From Oligoflexales bacterium (lineage in GTDB: Bacteria; Bdellovibrionota_B; Oligoflexia; Oligoflexales; CAIYRB01): a stretch of DNA of 64,000 nt. The position numbers were made by a program, and so were the translations under genes. The DNA is taken from contig JBGSUI010000056.1 in assembly GCA_041736175.1 (NCBI GenBank), positions 32,001-96,000 on the forward strand, read 5' to 3'. Below, one piece after another: positions 11,301 through 20,718 of this stretch; positions within the stretch are counted from its first letter, which is position 1; each line of letters begins with the position of its first letter. The notes beneath the pieces are model-generated. The model made no database searches. It saw only the letters and a list, made by a program, of their open reading frames with translations, and was not told the DNA's origin.

Positions 11301-14300
11301 CCCATTCTTTGGTCTATGCCCTGCCGGTTTTAGTGTTGTGGTTTTTTTCACCCCTCGTGGCTTGGCGGCTTAGCCAAAATATTCCCCTACCTTCGGTCAA
11401 ATTGGACGAACAGCAGATTTTATTTTTGCACCGCCTTTCCCGTAAGACCTGGCGGTTTTTTGAAACCTTTGTCGGACCTCAGGACCATTGGTTGCCACCC
11501 GATAATTTTCAGGAGTATCCAGAACCCATCGTCGCCCACCGAACCTCTCCCACTAACATGGGCCTTTCCCTGCTGGCAAACCTTACGGCCTATGATTTCG
11601 GCTATCTTTCGGTCTCACAACTCCTCCAGCGGACCTCTCAATCCCTGGCCACCATGGCCCAGATGGAAAAATTTCGTGGGCATTTTTATAATTGGTATGA
11701 CACCCAAACCCTGAGACCGCTGCTTCCTCAGTATGTTTCCATGGTAGATAGCGGCAATCTTGCAGGTCTCTTGCTCACACTTAACCAAGGCCTGCGGGAG
11801 ATCCCTGACCATAAGATCGTTTCACCCCAGATTCTATCAGGACTCCGCGACACGCTGATGGTCGTGCAGGAGCACACAAAGGTCTCCTTACAGTCCATCT
11901 TTGCTCAGTTAAATTCTGGGCCGTCCCATCCCAATAGACTCCCATCGTGGATGTTGTTTCACAAGCAAATCTCCAAGGAGTGGGACGCCATTTCCATGGC
12001 GATCTCTCTTGAAAAGAGCGAGGTGTTACAGGACTGGGTTTTGGCATTTCAAAACCAGCTCCACAGTGGGATTCGTTTACCCCTCGAAGAATGGGTTCCT
12101 TGGTTTGTCCTGTGTCAAGAAAAGGACCCCCCGTCTGGAGAAACCTATAGTGGTTTAAAGGAATTTCTTGCAACCCGTGACGAGCTTCCGACCCTGAGAG
12201 AGTCGAACCGGATTGCACATGAGATCCTTACGAGATTAGACGCACTTCCTGGAGATCCGTGGCCTATTAAACTACGGAGCAGCGCGGCGGAGCAGAACCA
12301 GCGGTTTCAAGACTTGACCGGCACGCTTCAAAAATCCATGGCGTTGATCGAACAGTTTTCACATCTGGACTACGAGTTTCTCTACGACAAAACCCAGCAC
12401 CTACTCAGCATCGGCTACAATGTGACCGAGCATCGGCGGGACCAGGGTTTCTACGATCTCCTTGCGTCCGAAGCTCGTCTCGGGAGCTATGTGGCCATCG
12501 CCCAGGGGACCCTTCCTGAGGAGCATTGGTTTGCCCTTGGGCGGCTTTTGACGACTTGGAATCACCAGACAACCCTCCTGTCGTGGAGTGGTTCTATGTT
12601 CGAATACTTGATGCCACTTCTCGTTATGCCCACCTTTAAAGAGACCCTCCTTGACCGGACCTACGAGACAGCAGTCGCGCGCCAAATTAGCTACGGCCAA
12701 GAGCGCGGGGTCCCTTGGGGTATTTCCGAGAGCGGCTATAACACGACTGATGTCAACCTAAACTACCAATACCGCGCCTTTGGAGTGCCCGGACTTGGAC
12801 TTAAAAGAGGCTTGGTGGATGACCTCGTGATCGCCCCCTATGCAAGCACCATGGCGTTGATGGTTTTTCCAGAAAAAGCCTGCGAAAACCTCCAGAGGAT
12901 GCACGGAGAAGGCTGGGAAGGAGCCTACGGATTTTATGAGGCCATCGATTTTACACCCAGTCGCATCAGCGGTGGCCAGTCCTCGGCCATTATCCGGTCC
13001 TATATGGCTCACCATCACGGGATGAGTTTTTTGGCACTGTCCTATCTCCTCCACGACCGTCTGATGCCAAAGAGGTTTAGCTCCCATCCCCAGTGTTATG
13101 CTATGGAGATGCTGCTTCACGAACGGGTCCCCAAAGCTACGCGCCTTTATCCCCATGCACCCGAAGTTTCGGGAGCCCATCTGCTCAGTGTCGATCATGG
13201 CCCCGACCTTCGAGTGATCTCTACACCTTACACACCGGTTCCCGAGGTTCATCTCCTGTCTAACGGACGTTACTCCGTGATGATGACCAACTCGGGCGGG
13301 GGCTACAGCCACTGGAATGGACTTGCGCTCACCCGCTGGCGTGAGGATCCCACCTGTGACGACTGGGGGACTTTTTGTTTTATCCGCGACATCGATACGG
13401 GGGCAGTCTGGTCCGTGACCCATCAGCCGAGCCTCAAAAATACGGCGATGTACGAAGCGATCTTTTCCCAGTCACGGGCGGAGTATCGCCGCACGGACCA
13501 TGGTCTCGAAGTCCATACAGAAGTCGCCGTTTCGCCCGAAGATGATATAGAGATGCGACGGTTTAGTCTGACCAACACGACCTCCCAGCCTAAGGTGATC
13601 GAGTTGACAACCTATAGCGAGATCGTCTTGGCTCCCCAGGCTATGGATGAGGCCCATCCAGCATTTGCCAATCTTTTTGTCCAGACCGAGATCCTCCCCC
13701 ATAAACAATCGATCCTTTGTACCCGACGACCTCGCTCTGATGAGGATAGGACGCCAACGTTACTTCACCTGATGACGGTTCATGGTCCTATCGTAGGCGA
13801 AGCCTCCTATGAAACGGATCGCTCAAGGTTTATAGGTCGCGGCAGGTCCATCCATGATGCCGTGGCTATGACTATGGCTAGGAATACGTCTGTGGATATG
13901 GAGGACACTAGTCATGATCACCGGTCGCTTTCGGGGGCCCAAGGCTCTGTCCTAGATCCCATCGTGGCTATCCGCCAGCGATTTGTGATCGAGCCGGAGG
14001 GGACCGTCAAGGTGCATACAGTCACGGGGATTGGCGAAACCAGAGACATAGCTTTGGGTTTAGTAGAAAAATACCGCGACCGCCACGTAGCTGACCGGGT
14101 GTTCGAACTCGCTTGGACCCATCGCCAAGTCGTCTTGAGACAACGCAACACCAGCGAGGCCGACGCACAGCTCTTCGGTCGACTGGCTAGTTCGATTCTC
14201 TATGCAAACCCCCAAAGACGTCCGAGTCCGACGATCTTAGGGAAAAACCGCCGTGGACAGTCGGGCCTCTGGGCTTACGGAATCTCCGGCGATCTGCCGA

Positions 14301-17110
14301 TTATTTTATTACGGCTCAGTGGACAGTCTAAATTTGAAATCGTTCATCAGATGATCCAAGCCCACGGCTACTGGGATACGATGGGACTGGGCGTCGACCT
14401 GGTTCTTCTAAACGAAGACCATTCGGGATATCGCCAAGAGTTTCAGGAACGACTCACTAGTTTAATCAATGCCGCCAATTCGATCCATCAGCCCCAAAAA
14501 GCTGGAAAGATCTATCTCTGTCAGGCAGAACTGATGTCCGAAGACGACCAGATCCTCTTGCAGACGGTGGCCCGAGCCGTGCTTTCTGACTTAAAAGGAA
14601 CCCTTGGTGAACAGATGAATCCCTGGCGGCGGCAACGCCCTCTCTTGGACGCTCTCGTGCCGACCAAAAACCCACCGAAAAGCGGACGGTCTGCCGTCGC
14701 CCTCGATTTTGATCCCAAGGACCTCCAGCTTTGGAATGGAACCGGTGGTTTTTCCCCCGATGGCAGAGAGTACTGGATCGTCACCGGGGCCCAACACAAA
14801 ACCCCAGCCCCATGGGCCCATGTGATCGCCAATCAGTTTTTCGGGAGCGTCGTCTCCGAAAGCGGCGCGGCTTATACCTGGTGTGAAAACGCCCATGAGA
14901 TGCGGCTGACACCTTGGCATAACGATGCCCTGACCGACCGCAGCGGCGAAGCCTTTTACCTAAGAGATGAGGAAACCGGTGCCTATTGGTCGCCGACTCC
15001 GCTGCCGGCACCTGGTGATGGGCCAACCCTGACAAAACATGGATTTGGTTATTCGGTCTTCACCCAGACCAACCTCGAGATCCACAGTCAACTCACAAGC
15101 TTTGTGGCGATCGATGCTCCGGTCAAAATCGCCCTGATCAAGCTGAAAAATCTCTCTGATCACACCCGCCAGCTATCCCTGACGGGATACTGTGAATGGG
15201 TCCTGGGGAAACATCGGTCTAAGTCACTCCTGCATCTCGTCAGCGAAGTGGATTTTGCGACCGGTGCCGTCTTTGTGCGCAATCCCTATCATGGCGAATT
15301 TGGCGGCCGGATTGCCTTTGTCAATATCAGCGAAAAAAACCGGACGTTGACCTGTGATCGCAGCGAGTTTATCGGCCGTAACGGTCATTTGAGTCGGCCA
15401 GCGGCCATGGAGCGCAGGGGACTCTCCGGGCGGATAGGAGCGGGGCTTGATCCCTGCACGGCGTTGCAGTCTAAGCTTGAACTCAAAAGCGGCGAAGAGC
15501 GTGAAATCGTCGTGGTCCTCGGGATGGCCCGCGACGTGGGTGATGCCCATACGCTGCTCCTGCGTTTTAGCCAGCCCCATGAAGCTCATCTGGCCTTAGA
15601 TGCGGTCAAACGGCACTGGCGCCGGAGTTTAGGGGCCGTCCAAATTGAGACTCCCGACCGGGCTCTTAATATCATCGCTAATGGCTGGTTGCTTTACCAA
15701 ACCCTGGCCTGTCGACTTTGGGCGCGGAGCGGGTATTACCAATCGGGGGGTGCCTTTGGATTTCGCGACCAACTCCAAGACACCATGGCCCTGCTCCATC
15801 ACGAGCCGGTGCTTTTGCGTCATCAGTTGCTCCTCTGTGCCTCGCGGCAATACCGAGAGGGGGATGTGCAGCACTGGTGGCATCCACCTGGTGGACTTGG
15901 GGTACGCACTCATTTTTCCGATGACTACCTGTGGCTTCCTCTTGCCGCAAGTCGCTATGTGTGGGCCACTGGTGATACGGGTGTCTTAGGAGAGCGGATT
16001 CATTTCCTCGAAGGCCGCCAGGTTAAGGTCAACGAAGAAGCCTATATCGATCAACCGTCACGGTCCGACGAATCGGCGACCTTCTATGAACACTGTGTGC
16101 GCGCCATTCGGTTTGGACTTAAGTTTGGAAAAAACGGCCTGCCCCTTATGGGCTGCGGCGACTGGAACGACGGCATGAACCTGGTGGGGGCGCGAGGCAA
16201 AGGAGAAAGTGTTTGGCTCGGATTTTTTCTCTACGACGTGCTCACCAAGTTTGCAAAAATCGCCACTCTCTTTGGAGACCCTGATTTTGCTGCCTTTGCC
16301 CTTAGCGAGGCCCACAAGCTAAAGCTTAATCTCGAAAACAACGCCTGGGACGGAGCCTGGTACCGCCGCGCTTACTTTGATGAGGGTCAACCCCTAGGCT
16401 CTAAGGACAACCAGGAATGCCAGATCGACTCCCTCCCCCAAAGCTGGTCGGTCCTCTCGGGAGCAGGGGACCCCCAAAGGGCGCGATTAGGAATGGAGGC
16501 TGTGGACCAGCGGTTGGTTGATCGCCAGTATGGAATCATAAAACTGTTTGATCCACCCTTTGACCACGCGGCTTTAAATCCTGGCTATATCAAAGGCTAC
16601 GTCCCGGGAGTCCGTGAAAACGGCGGGCAGTATACCCACGCGGCTATTTGGATGGCCATGGCGTTTGCTGCCATGGGAGATCGCAAGAGGGCATGGGAAC
16701 TCACCAAGATGATCAACCCCCTCTCCCATACGGACACTCCCGAAAAGTGCGACCGTTATAAAGTCGAGCCCTACGTGATGGCTGCCGACGTCTATGCCGT
16801 CGCTCCCCACGAAGGCCGCGGTGGATGGACTTGGTACACGGGGTCTGCAGGGTGGATGTACCGTCTGATCCTTGAGTCGATCTTGGGGCTACGCCTTGAG
16901 GTGGACCGGCTGGTCTTTGATCCTTGTTTACCGGAAGGGTGGGATGGTTTTCGACTTACCTATCGTTATCGCGAGACCACCTATCAGATCGAGGTGCGTG
17001 TCTCAGGGGACGGGGTCAGGCACCTATGGGTGGACGGGGTCGAGCAGGATGGTCACAGTCTCTTGCTGGTCGATGACCATAAGGAGCACGGGGTTGTGAT
17101 CGTCATTTAA
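8336..17110 (+). CDS. ndvB: Cyclic beta-1,2-glucan synthase (Cgs/NdvB/ChvB): GT84 region, TM block, glucoamylase-like region and C-terminal GH94-like phosphorylase
   Basis: 2924 aa; ERKRGKL, TLDTDT, SHDLIEG, RWIRGDWQ, PPDNFQE, YDLLASEARL, GAFGFRDQLQD, GDWNDG, ENGGQYTH, GWTWYTGSAGW. Confidence 0.95.
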   Translation: MVPLKHVFDAIKPKFSLLGPLNHRTVEDPFSFSLLSLDQLQRHARQVALRHKTIQSSIPDGLLKKLADNDVLLHETYAQLNKAIQAKQRISPASEWLLDNFHLIEEQMRLAKCHLPKGYSRKLPHLAEADGVGHPRVYDMALEIIAHVDGRVDRENITCFVRGYQSVTSLQLGEFWAIPIMLRLALIENLARVAGRVMAAIHDRKLANHWADQLLFAAENQPAKVILVAADMARSEPPMSSAFVAELMRRLRGQTAGLDIPLAWIEQNLIEQGQTSQQLVQLETHQQAANQVAVGASIGSLRFLSRIDWRDFVESECLVETELLRDPSGVYGTMDFATRDRYRHVVENLAAQVSKPEWEVARKAVAMAHDQAHDPCLKRKHVGYYLIDQGFEQLKASFQKQGFFRENWIRLRPHHLWRLPWLLYFGGLGSLTLLIAIFILGHLGPLGSPGFMGLVGSVVLTISLLLTSSLFALSVVHWVATLALKPHLLPRLDFSNGIPDSVSTLVVIPTLLVARHQIESLLSALEVRYLANRDKNLFFALLTDFKDAPTETMPHDDALVQQVLAGIQLLNQTYKAKNPDQNPDLDIFCLFHRPRVWNPYEKIWMGYERKRGKLEALNMYLRGKSPPGAFSCTFGKLPWIKYVITLDTDTQLPGHAARLMVGTMAHPLNEPWFDPKLRRVTEGYGILQPRVATNLPCSRRSLFVRLYGGEVGVDPYTRVVSDVYQDLFSEGSYVGKGIYDVDAFSLSLHGALPENLILSHDLIEGCYARSGLVSDVELFDEFPAHMLDDTNRRSRWIRGDWQIAAWLFPWVPSLDGGFRRNKLSLFSRWKIFDNLRRSLVPLANLLLLFFSWTWDGPQGGGLFLMGFVVLMILAPPLFGTFAAASRKAPETAPGPHWKAVGWATLVHVVQGLLAVVFLPFEVLMNLNAILRSLWRMLISRKLLLQWKSASDPRQGSGQQLSFFVRVMIAGPLAAVVTLGVLLVARPESSHSLVYALPVLVLWFFSPLVAWRLSQNIPLPSVKLDEQQILFLHRLSRKTWRFFETFVGPQDHWLPPDNFQEYPEPIVAHRTSPTNMGLSLLANLTAYDFGYLSVSQLLQRTSQSLATMAQMEKFRGHFYNWYDTQTLRPLLPQYVSMVDSGNLAGLLLTLNQGLREIPDHKIVSPQILSGLRDTLMVVQEHTKVSLQSIFAQLNSGPSHPNRLPSWMLFHKQISKEWDAISMAISLEKSEVLQDWVLAFQNQLHSGIRLPLEEWVPWFVLCQEKDPPSGETYSGLKEFLATRDELPTLRESNRIAHEILTRLDALPGDPWPIKLRSSAAEQNQRFQDLTGTLQKSMALIEQFSHLDYEFLYDKTQHLLSIGYNVTEHRRDQGFYDLLASEARLGSYVAIAQGTLPEEHWFALGRLLTTWNHQTTLLSWSGSMFEYLMPLLVMPTFKETLLDRTYETAVARQISYGQERGVPWGISESGYNTTDVNLNYQYRAFGVPGLGLKRGLVDDLVIAPYASTMALMVFPEKACENLQRMHGEGWEGAYGFYEAIDFTPSRISGGQSSAIIRSYMAHHHGMSFLALSYLLHDRLMPKRFSSHPQCYAMEMLLHERVPKATRLYPHAPEVSGAHLLSVDHGPDLRVISTPYTPVPEVHLLSNGRYSVMMTNSGGGYSHWNGLALTRWREDPTCDDWGTFCFIRDIDTGAVWSVTHQPSLKNTAMYEAIFSQSRAEYRRTDHGLEVHTEVAVSPEDDIEMRRFSLTNTTSQPKVIELTTYSEIVLAPQAMDEAHPAFANLFVQTEILPHKQSILCTRRPRSDEDRTPTLLHLMTVHGPIVGEASYETDRSRFIGRGRSIHDAVAMTMARNTSVDMEDTSHDHRSLSGAQGSVLDPIVAIRQRFVIEPEGTVKVHTVTGIGETRDIALGLVEKYRDRHVADRVFELAWTHRQVVLRQRNTSEADAQLFGRLASSILYANPQRRPSPTILGKNRRGQSGLWAYGISGDLPIILLRLSGQSKFEIVHQMIQAHGYWDTMGLGVDLVLLNEDHSGYRQEFQERLTSLINAANSIHQPQKAGKIYLCQAELMSEDDQILLQTVARAVLSDLKGTLGEQMNPWRRQRPLLDALVPTKNPPKSGRSAVALDFDPKDLQLWNGTGGFSPDGREYWIVTGAQHKTPAPWAHVIANQFFGSVVSESGAAYTWCENAHEMRLTPWHNDALTDRSGEAFYLRDEETGAYWSPTPLPAPGDGPTLTKHGFGYSVFTQTNLEIHSQLTSFVAIDAPVKIALIKLKNLSDHTRQLSLTGYCEWVLGKHRSKSLLHLVSEVDFATGAVFVRNPYHGEFGGRIAFVNISEKNRTLTCDRSEFIGRNGHLSRPAAMERRGLSGRIGAGLDPCTALQSKLELKSGEEREIVVVLGMARDVGDAHTLLLRFSQPHEAHLALDAVKRHWRRSLGAVQIETPDRALNIIANGWLLYQTLACRLWARSGYYQSGGAFGFRDQLQDTMALLHHEPVLLRHQLLLCASRQYREGDVQHWWHPPGGLGVRTHFSDDYLWLPLAASRYVWATGDTGVLGERIHFLEGRQVKVNEEAYIDQPSRSDESATFYEHCVRAIRFGLKFGKNGLPLMGCGDWNDGMNLVGARGKGESVWLGFFLYDVLTKFAKIATLFGDPDFAAFALSEAHKLKLNLENNAWDGAWYRRAYFDEGQPLGSKDNQECQIDSLPQSWSVLSGAGDPQRARLGMEAVDQRLVDRQYGIIKLFDPPFDHAALNPGYIKGYVPGVRENGGQYTHAAIWMAMAFAAMGDRKRAWELTKMINPLSHTDTPEKCDRYKVEPYVMAADVYAVAPHEGRGGWTWYTGSAGWMYRLILESILGLRLEVDRLVFDPCLPEGWDGFRLTYRYRETTYQIEVRVSGDGVRHLWVDGVEQDGHSLLLVDDHKEHGVVIVI

Positions 17111-17121
17111 TAGAGTTTGGA

Positions 17122-17145
17122 ATGATTCGTCCCGGGGCGAATCAT
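17122..17145. repeat. REP-like palindrome, copy 1 (ATGATTCGTCCCGGGGCGAATCAT)
   Basis: 24-nt palindrome with one mismatch; 18/19 identical to 18928-18946. Confidence 0.75.
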
Positions 17146-17184
17146 GTCGGCCCCTGAGTTTCAAGTTTTGCCGGGGGGCCTCAC

Positions 17185-17508
17185 CTAGGTGCATAGTCCT
17201 TTAAAGACGACTTTTTGCTGGTAGGAAAGAAATTTATAGCTGGTGACATGTTCTGTTGTCACTTGGGCAATGCGGCCTGGGCACTGCTTTTCAAGTTTTT
17301 TAATTCCTTTTTCCACATAATCTGTATTAAAGGCAAAAAACAAAATGATGTAGTCGGTACTTTCTGCGGTGACCCATCGGCCCATTTTGTAGGTGACCTC
17401 AGGATCCATGGACCCGATGTACTGTTGGTGGATCGAATGGGAGCAGGATAGACTCAGCAAACTTATGTACCCTGAAATCCCCAGTAGCAAAATATTTTTC
17501 ATGGTCAA
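17185..17508 (-). CDS. Small lipoprotein, paralog 4 of the tandem array
   Basis: Lipobox LSLS-C; CPG...C-terminal GLC cysteine pair; 4-bp overlap with the upstream paralog. Confidence 0.8.
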   Translation of the reverse strand: MTMKNILLLGISGYISLLSLSCSHSIHQQYIGSMDPEVTYKMGRWVTAESTDYIILFFAFNTDYVEKGIKKLEKQCPGRIAQVTTEHVTSYKFLSYQQKVVFKGLCT

Positions 17509-17903
17509 CTCCGCACTGATCGTGTGGATTTTTTATTGTTTTTTTTGGATTTTTCACCCTCAACGCAGTATCCTTTCATCACGACCTCACTTGTACTCAC
17601 CAGAATAGGAACATAAGTAGTCGTTTGGTACTTGCACATAAGCCCCTCGATCTGTCCCCTTGGACAAGCACTTAACAGCGCCCCTTTTGCTTCATCGATA
17701 TAACTGATCCCAAAAGGAATCAAAAGTATAGTGACCGCATTTTTTGAGACTTCAACGGGATTTTTACGCGCACTAAGCTCGGGAATCTGGCTTACAGTGA
17801 TAGAGTTTACGGATTGGCATGCAATGATGCTCCCGAAGCTCCCAGCAATAATCAGGATTAGAAGGATTTTTCTTATCATCAGCTGATTCCTAGAGTTGGT
17901 CAT
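17505..17903 (-). CDS. Small lipoprotein, paralog 3
   Basis: Lipobox IIA-C; ACPRG...KGYC. Confidence 0.8.
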   Translation of the reverse strand: MTNSRNQLMIRKILLILIIAGSFGSIIACQSVNSITVSQIPELSARKNPVEVSKNAVTILLIPFGISYIDEAKGALLSACPRGQIEGLMCKYQTTTYVPILVSTSEVVMKGYCVEGEKSKKNNKKSTRSVRS

Positions 17904-17930
17904 TCGTGATTCCTTGGGAGCTATCTATAG

Positions 17931-18317
17931 TTACAGTCCGGTAGCCAGCTCATCAGGCAGTGACCCATCTTCTTGAGCGATGTTTTTGGGTGGGTTTACA
18001 CAATAAGCTTCTACCCGGGTGACTTCGGCCCATACAAAAAAAAGAAAATACATAGTTATCAGATCTTTAGTTAAAACCCCCTGCACAGCCCCCTTGGGGC
18101 AAGCATTTCGGAGCTTTTCAGGGAGTTTAAAAGCCTGGTCGTTGTCAAAGTTGAACCCTAAAAAAATCAGTTTCTCATTGACAACTTTTATAGGATGCCT
18201 ACGGTCCTGTGGAAGATTGGTTTGGGAAATCGAGCGCGCAAAGGTACACCCTAAGGAGCTTAGGACCAATCCAAACCAAATGAAATGAAGCCTTTTTACC
18301 ATGCCATCTCCAATCAA
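17931..18317 (-). CDS. Small lipoprotein, paralog 2
   Basis: Lipobox SLG-C; ACPKG...EAYC. Confidence 0.8.
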   Translation of the reverse strand: MIGDGMVKRLHFIWFGLVLSSLGCTFARSISQTNLPQDRRHPIKVVNEKLIFLGFNFDNDQAFKLPEKLRNACPKGAVQGVLTKDLITMYFLFFVWAEVTRVEAYCVNPPKNIAQEDGSLPDELATGL

Positions 18318-18373
18318 TCACCCGCAGGAAGTATTCGCTAGACACCGGTTTCGGCTAAGAGTTGTCCCACTCA

Positions 18374-18838
18374 TTAACGCGCTCTGTTGGTCACACATAC
18401 GGCATCGATCCGTACCACCTCTCCCTTGACGACAGGGTACTCTCTCGATTCACGGACGCTGATAATATCGGTCAAAGTACCGTTTTTGCATTCTGATGCT
18501 AAGCGCTGCGGGATATCTCTGGCATACAGCTCATTAAACACAGGGGTTCCTGTAGTCGGACCCATTTGGAAGAATGTGGTATAAGCCTGGAGGAGCTTCC
18601 CAGTATTTTCTGCTCCACGGCTTTTAAAGGTCTGACCAGCCGCTCGGGTTAAGTCACCTAATTCCCTGAGAGAGACAGTGGTTTCGCTGGCTTTTATAGA
18701 AACCTTTTTGCGAACTTTCCCTTTAGGCCGGTTTAAATCGCTTAGCTGAACCTTATGGAGGACAGCGCATCCTGAAAGGACGGCGTTAAGACTTAATAGA
18801 ATTAGAAAAATTAAACGAATTCTCATATCTATCCACAT
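18374..18838 (-). CDS. Small lipoprotein, paralog 1
   Basis: Lipobox LSG-C; ECKNG...DAVC. Confidence 0.8.
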   Translation of the reverse strand: MWIDMRIRLIFLILLSLNAVLSGCAVLHKVQLSDLNRPKGKVRKKVSIKASETTVSLRELGDLTRAAGQTFKSRGAENTGKLLQAYTTFFQMGPTTGTPVFNELYARDIPQRLASECKNGTLTDIISVRESREYPVVKGEVVRIDAVCVTNRAR

Positions 18839-18927
18839 TGGCTGCTAAACTGTAGCTAAGGTCTTTGTTTGTAGAGTCTATCAGACAGTGATGGCAAAAA
18901 CCAGAACCGTGACCTCATCTCTGCAGG

Positions 18928-18946
18928 TGATTCGCCCCGGGGCGAA
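18928..18946. repeat. REP-like palindrome, copy 2 (TGATTCGCCCCGGGGCGAA)
   Basis: Contains the perfect 16-nt palindrome TTCGCCCCGGGGCGAA; direct repeat of 17123-17141. Confidence 0.75.
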
Positions 18947-19031
18947 CTGGTCGAGGTGGAAGAAGGGGGACCATATGACGATGGATTTAATTGGGAAATA
19001 CCTAATTATTATAATATATTACATTGGTATG

Positions 19032-19119
19032 CAGCGCAAAATAGGAAAATTTTTACATTTGCGCTGTAAATGTGTTTAAATGACAGCGCAAATTGAAGAA
19101 ACTCCTCGATTTGCGCTGT
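19032..19119. promoter_or_regulatory. Two tandem inverted repeats CAGCGCAAA-N17-TTTGCGCTG upstream of the ATPase gene (operator-like)
   Basis: Units at 19032-19066 and 19084-19118, 52-bp period; arms are conserved and spacers unrelated. Confidence 0.7.
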
Positions 19120-19165
19120 ACTTAGTTGTATACATTTGATTATATTAAGATATTGGAGTCACAAA

Positions 19166-20641
19166 ATGTCCTACTACCAGGTTATCCCCAACCCTAATTT
19201 TGTAGGTCGACAATTGGAGATGGCCAAACTAGCTGAGATTCACCTAGCCCACGAGGCTAGCATCATTATTGTTTCGGGTCGCCGTAGAGTTGGTAAAACC
19301 GAATTGATCGAACAGTTTTTTCGCAATGACCGCATCCTTAAATTTGAAGGGATTCAAACTAAACAATCTCGTGGCCGTTCCTATAGGGCTGCACTTCAAA
19401 AGCAATTTGACATAGTCCTACACCGCCTAAACACTTACGAACTGCCTGTTCCATCAGGTCACATTATCAAGTGTTGGAATGATTTTTTTGAACTCATTTC
19501 GCCCTGGGCATCCAAGGAGCCCATCATCCTGTACTTTGAGGAGATTCAGTGGCTTTCTGTCTACCAAGATGACTTTCTGGCCGAACTTAAACCAATTTGG
19601 GATGATAAATGGCGCCATAATCCAAAACTCAGAATCGTTATCTCTGGATCGTCGCCCTCTTTTATAGCGCGCCAGTTTATGAGTTCCAACGCCATTTATA
19701 ATCGCTCTGATCATCATATTTACGTAAATCCATTTAAGCCATACGAAGCAAAAGCCATGCTTCCAGACCGCGGTATGCGGGAGGCCCTCCTCGCTATTTT
19801 GCTGGTTGGGTCGATTCCCGGGTATCTTAAAAGATTCCAAACACCCAAAAGCGTTCTTGAAACCATCTACGAAGAGTCTTTCTCCCGTAACGGCTATTTT
19901 GCTCATGAATACGAACGCGTCTTTGTGAGTTCGATGGCTGATTCGAGTTATTACCGGCAAATTATCGGAACCCTCAGCAAACGCGGTCCCCTCAATCGAG
20001 CAGAACTGGCCGAAAAAGTCACTGGATCAGACCGTGCTGGAGGCGAATTCACTAAGGTTTTAGATGATCTTGTCCGTTGTCAATTTTTAGATGAATACAC
20101 CTCTATCCATACGCCAAAGGCCCAAAACCGCAAAAAATATCGCATCTCAGATCCCTTTCTTTTATTTTACCATGGGTTTATCCATCCGCAGCAGAGTAGG
20201 ATTGCCCAAGGCTATTTTGATCAAAAGTGGAGCACAGCGGTGTCTGAACGCTCCCTCACCAACTACCTCGGTTTTGCTTTTGAAAGGTGGGTTCGGGACA
20301 ACACACCCCAAATAGCCAAGATCCTGGGATTTGACGGCGTCCATTACTCTGGGGGATCTTTCTACCACAAATCACAACCAGGTTTTCAGATTGATCTGCT
20401 TATGGAACGTGCTGATCATACTCTGCTCGTTATAGAAGCCAAATATACAAACACACCACTTACCTCAAAAGTGGCCACCGAAGTCGATCTTAAAATCAAC
20501 CGAATGCTAGAAAGCTATCCCCGTTACAGTGGATTTACAATTCGCAAAGTTTTAGTGGTCAATGACAAAACCTATGTCCCCAAATCTCTGCAGGAGAGGT
20601 TTGACCATGTTTTGTCAAGCGATGAGTTTTTTTCCACCTAG
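19166..20641 (+). CDS. P-loop ATPase ('archaeal ATPase'/DUF234-like) with winged HTH and C-terminal PD-(D/E)xK nuclease-like domain
   Basis: FVGR..E, Walker A GRRRVGKT, Walker B-like YFEEIQW, ISGS, GSIPGYL, YRISDPF, QIDLL...IEAK; GGAG RBS before ATG 19166. Confidence 0.85.
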   Translation: MSYYQVIPNPNFVGRQLEMAKLAEIHLAHEASIIIVSGRRRVGKTELIEQFFRNDRILKFEGIQTKQSRGRSYRAALQKQFDIVLHRLNTYELPVPSGHIIKCWNDFFELISPWASKEPIILYFEEIQWLSVYQDDFLAELKPIWDDKWRHNPKLRIVISGSSPSFIARQFMSSNAIYNRSDHHIYVNPFKPYEAKAMLPDRGMREALLAILLVGSIPGYLKRFQTPKSVLETIYEESFSRNGYFAHEYERVFVSSMADSSYYRQIIGTLSKRGPLNRAELAEKVTGSDRAGGEFTKVLDDLVRCQFLDEYTSIHTPKAQNRKKYRISDPFLLFYHGFIHPQQSRIAQGYFDQKWSTAVSERSLTNYLGFAFERWVRDNTPQIAKILGFDGVHYSGGSFYHKSQPGFQIDLLMERADHTLLVIEAKYTNTPLTSKVATEVDLKINRMLESYPRYSGFTIRKVLVVNDKTYVPKSLQERFDHVLSSDEFFST

Positions 20642-20718
20642 GGAACTCAGCGACAGCCCGAGTCGGTTAACTCTGGTCATTTTTTACTCGTGATATTGAT
20701 AATCCCATTCATCCCTGT

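Noticed and set aside
19032..19119. Possible mini-CRISPR (repeat-spacer look)
   Set aside because: Only two units, the conserved parts are 9-bp inverted arms rather than 25-40-bp direct repeats, and there are no cas genes; treated as an operator array.
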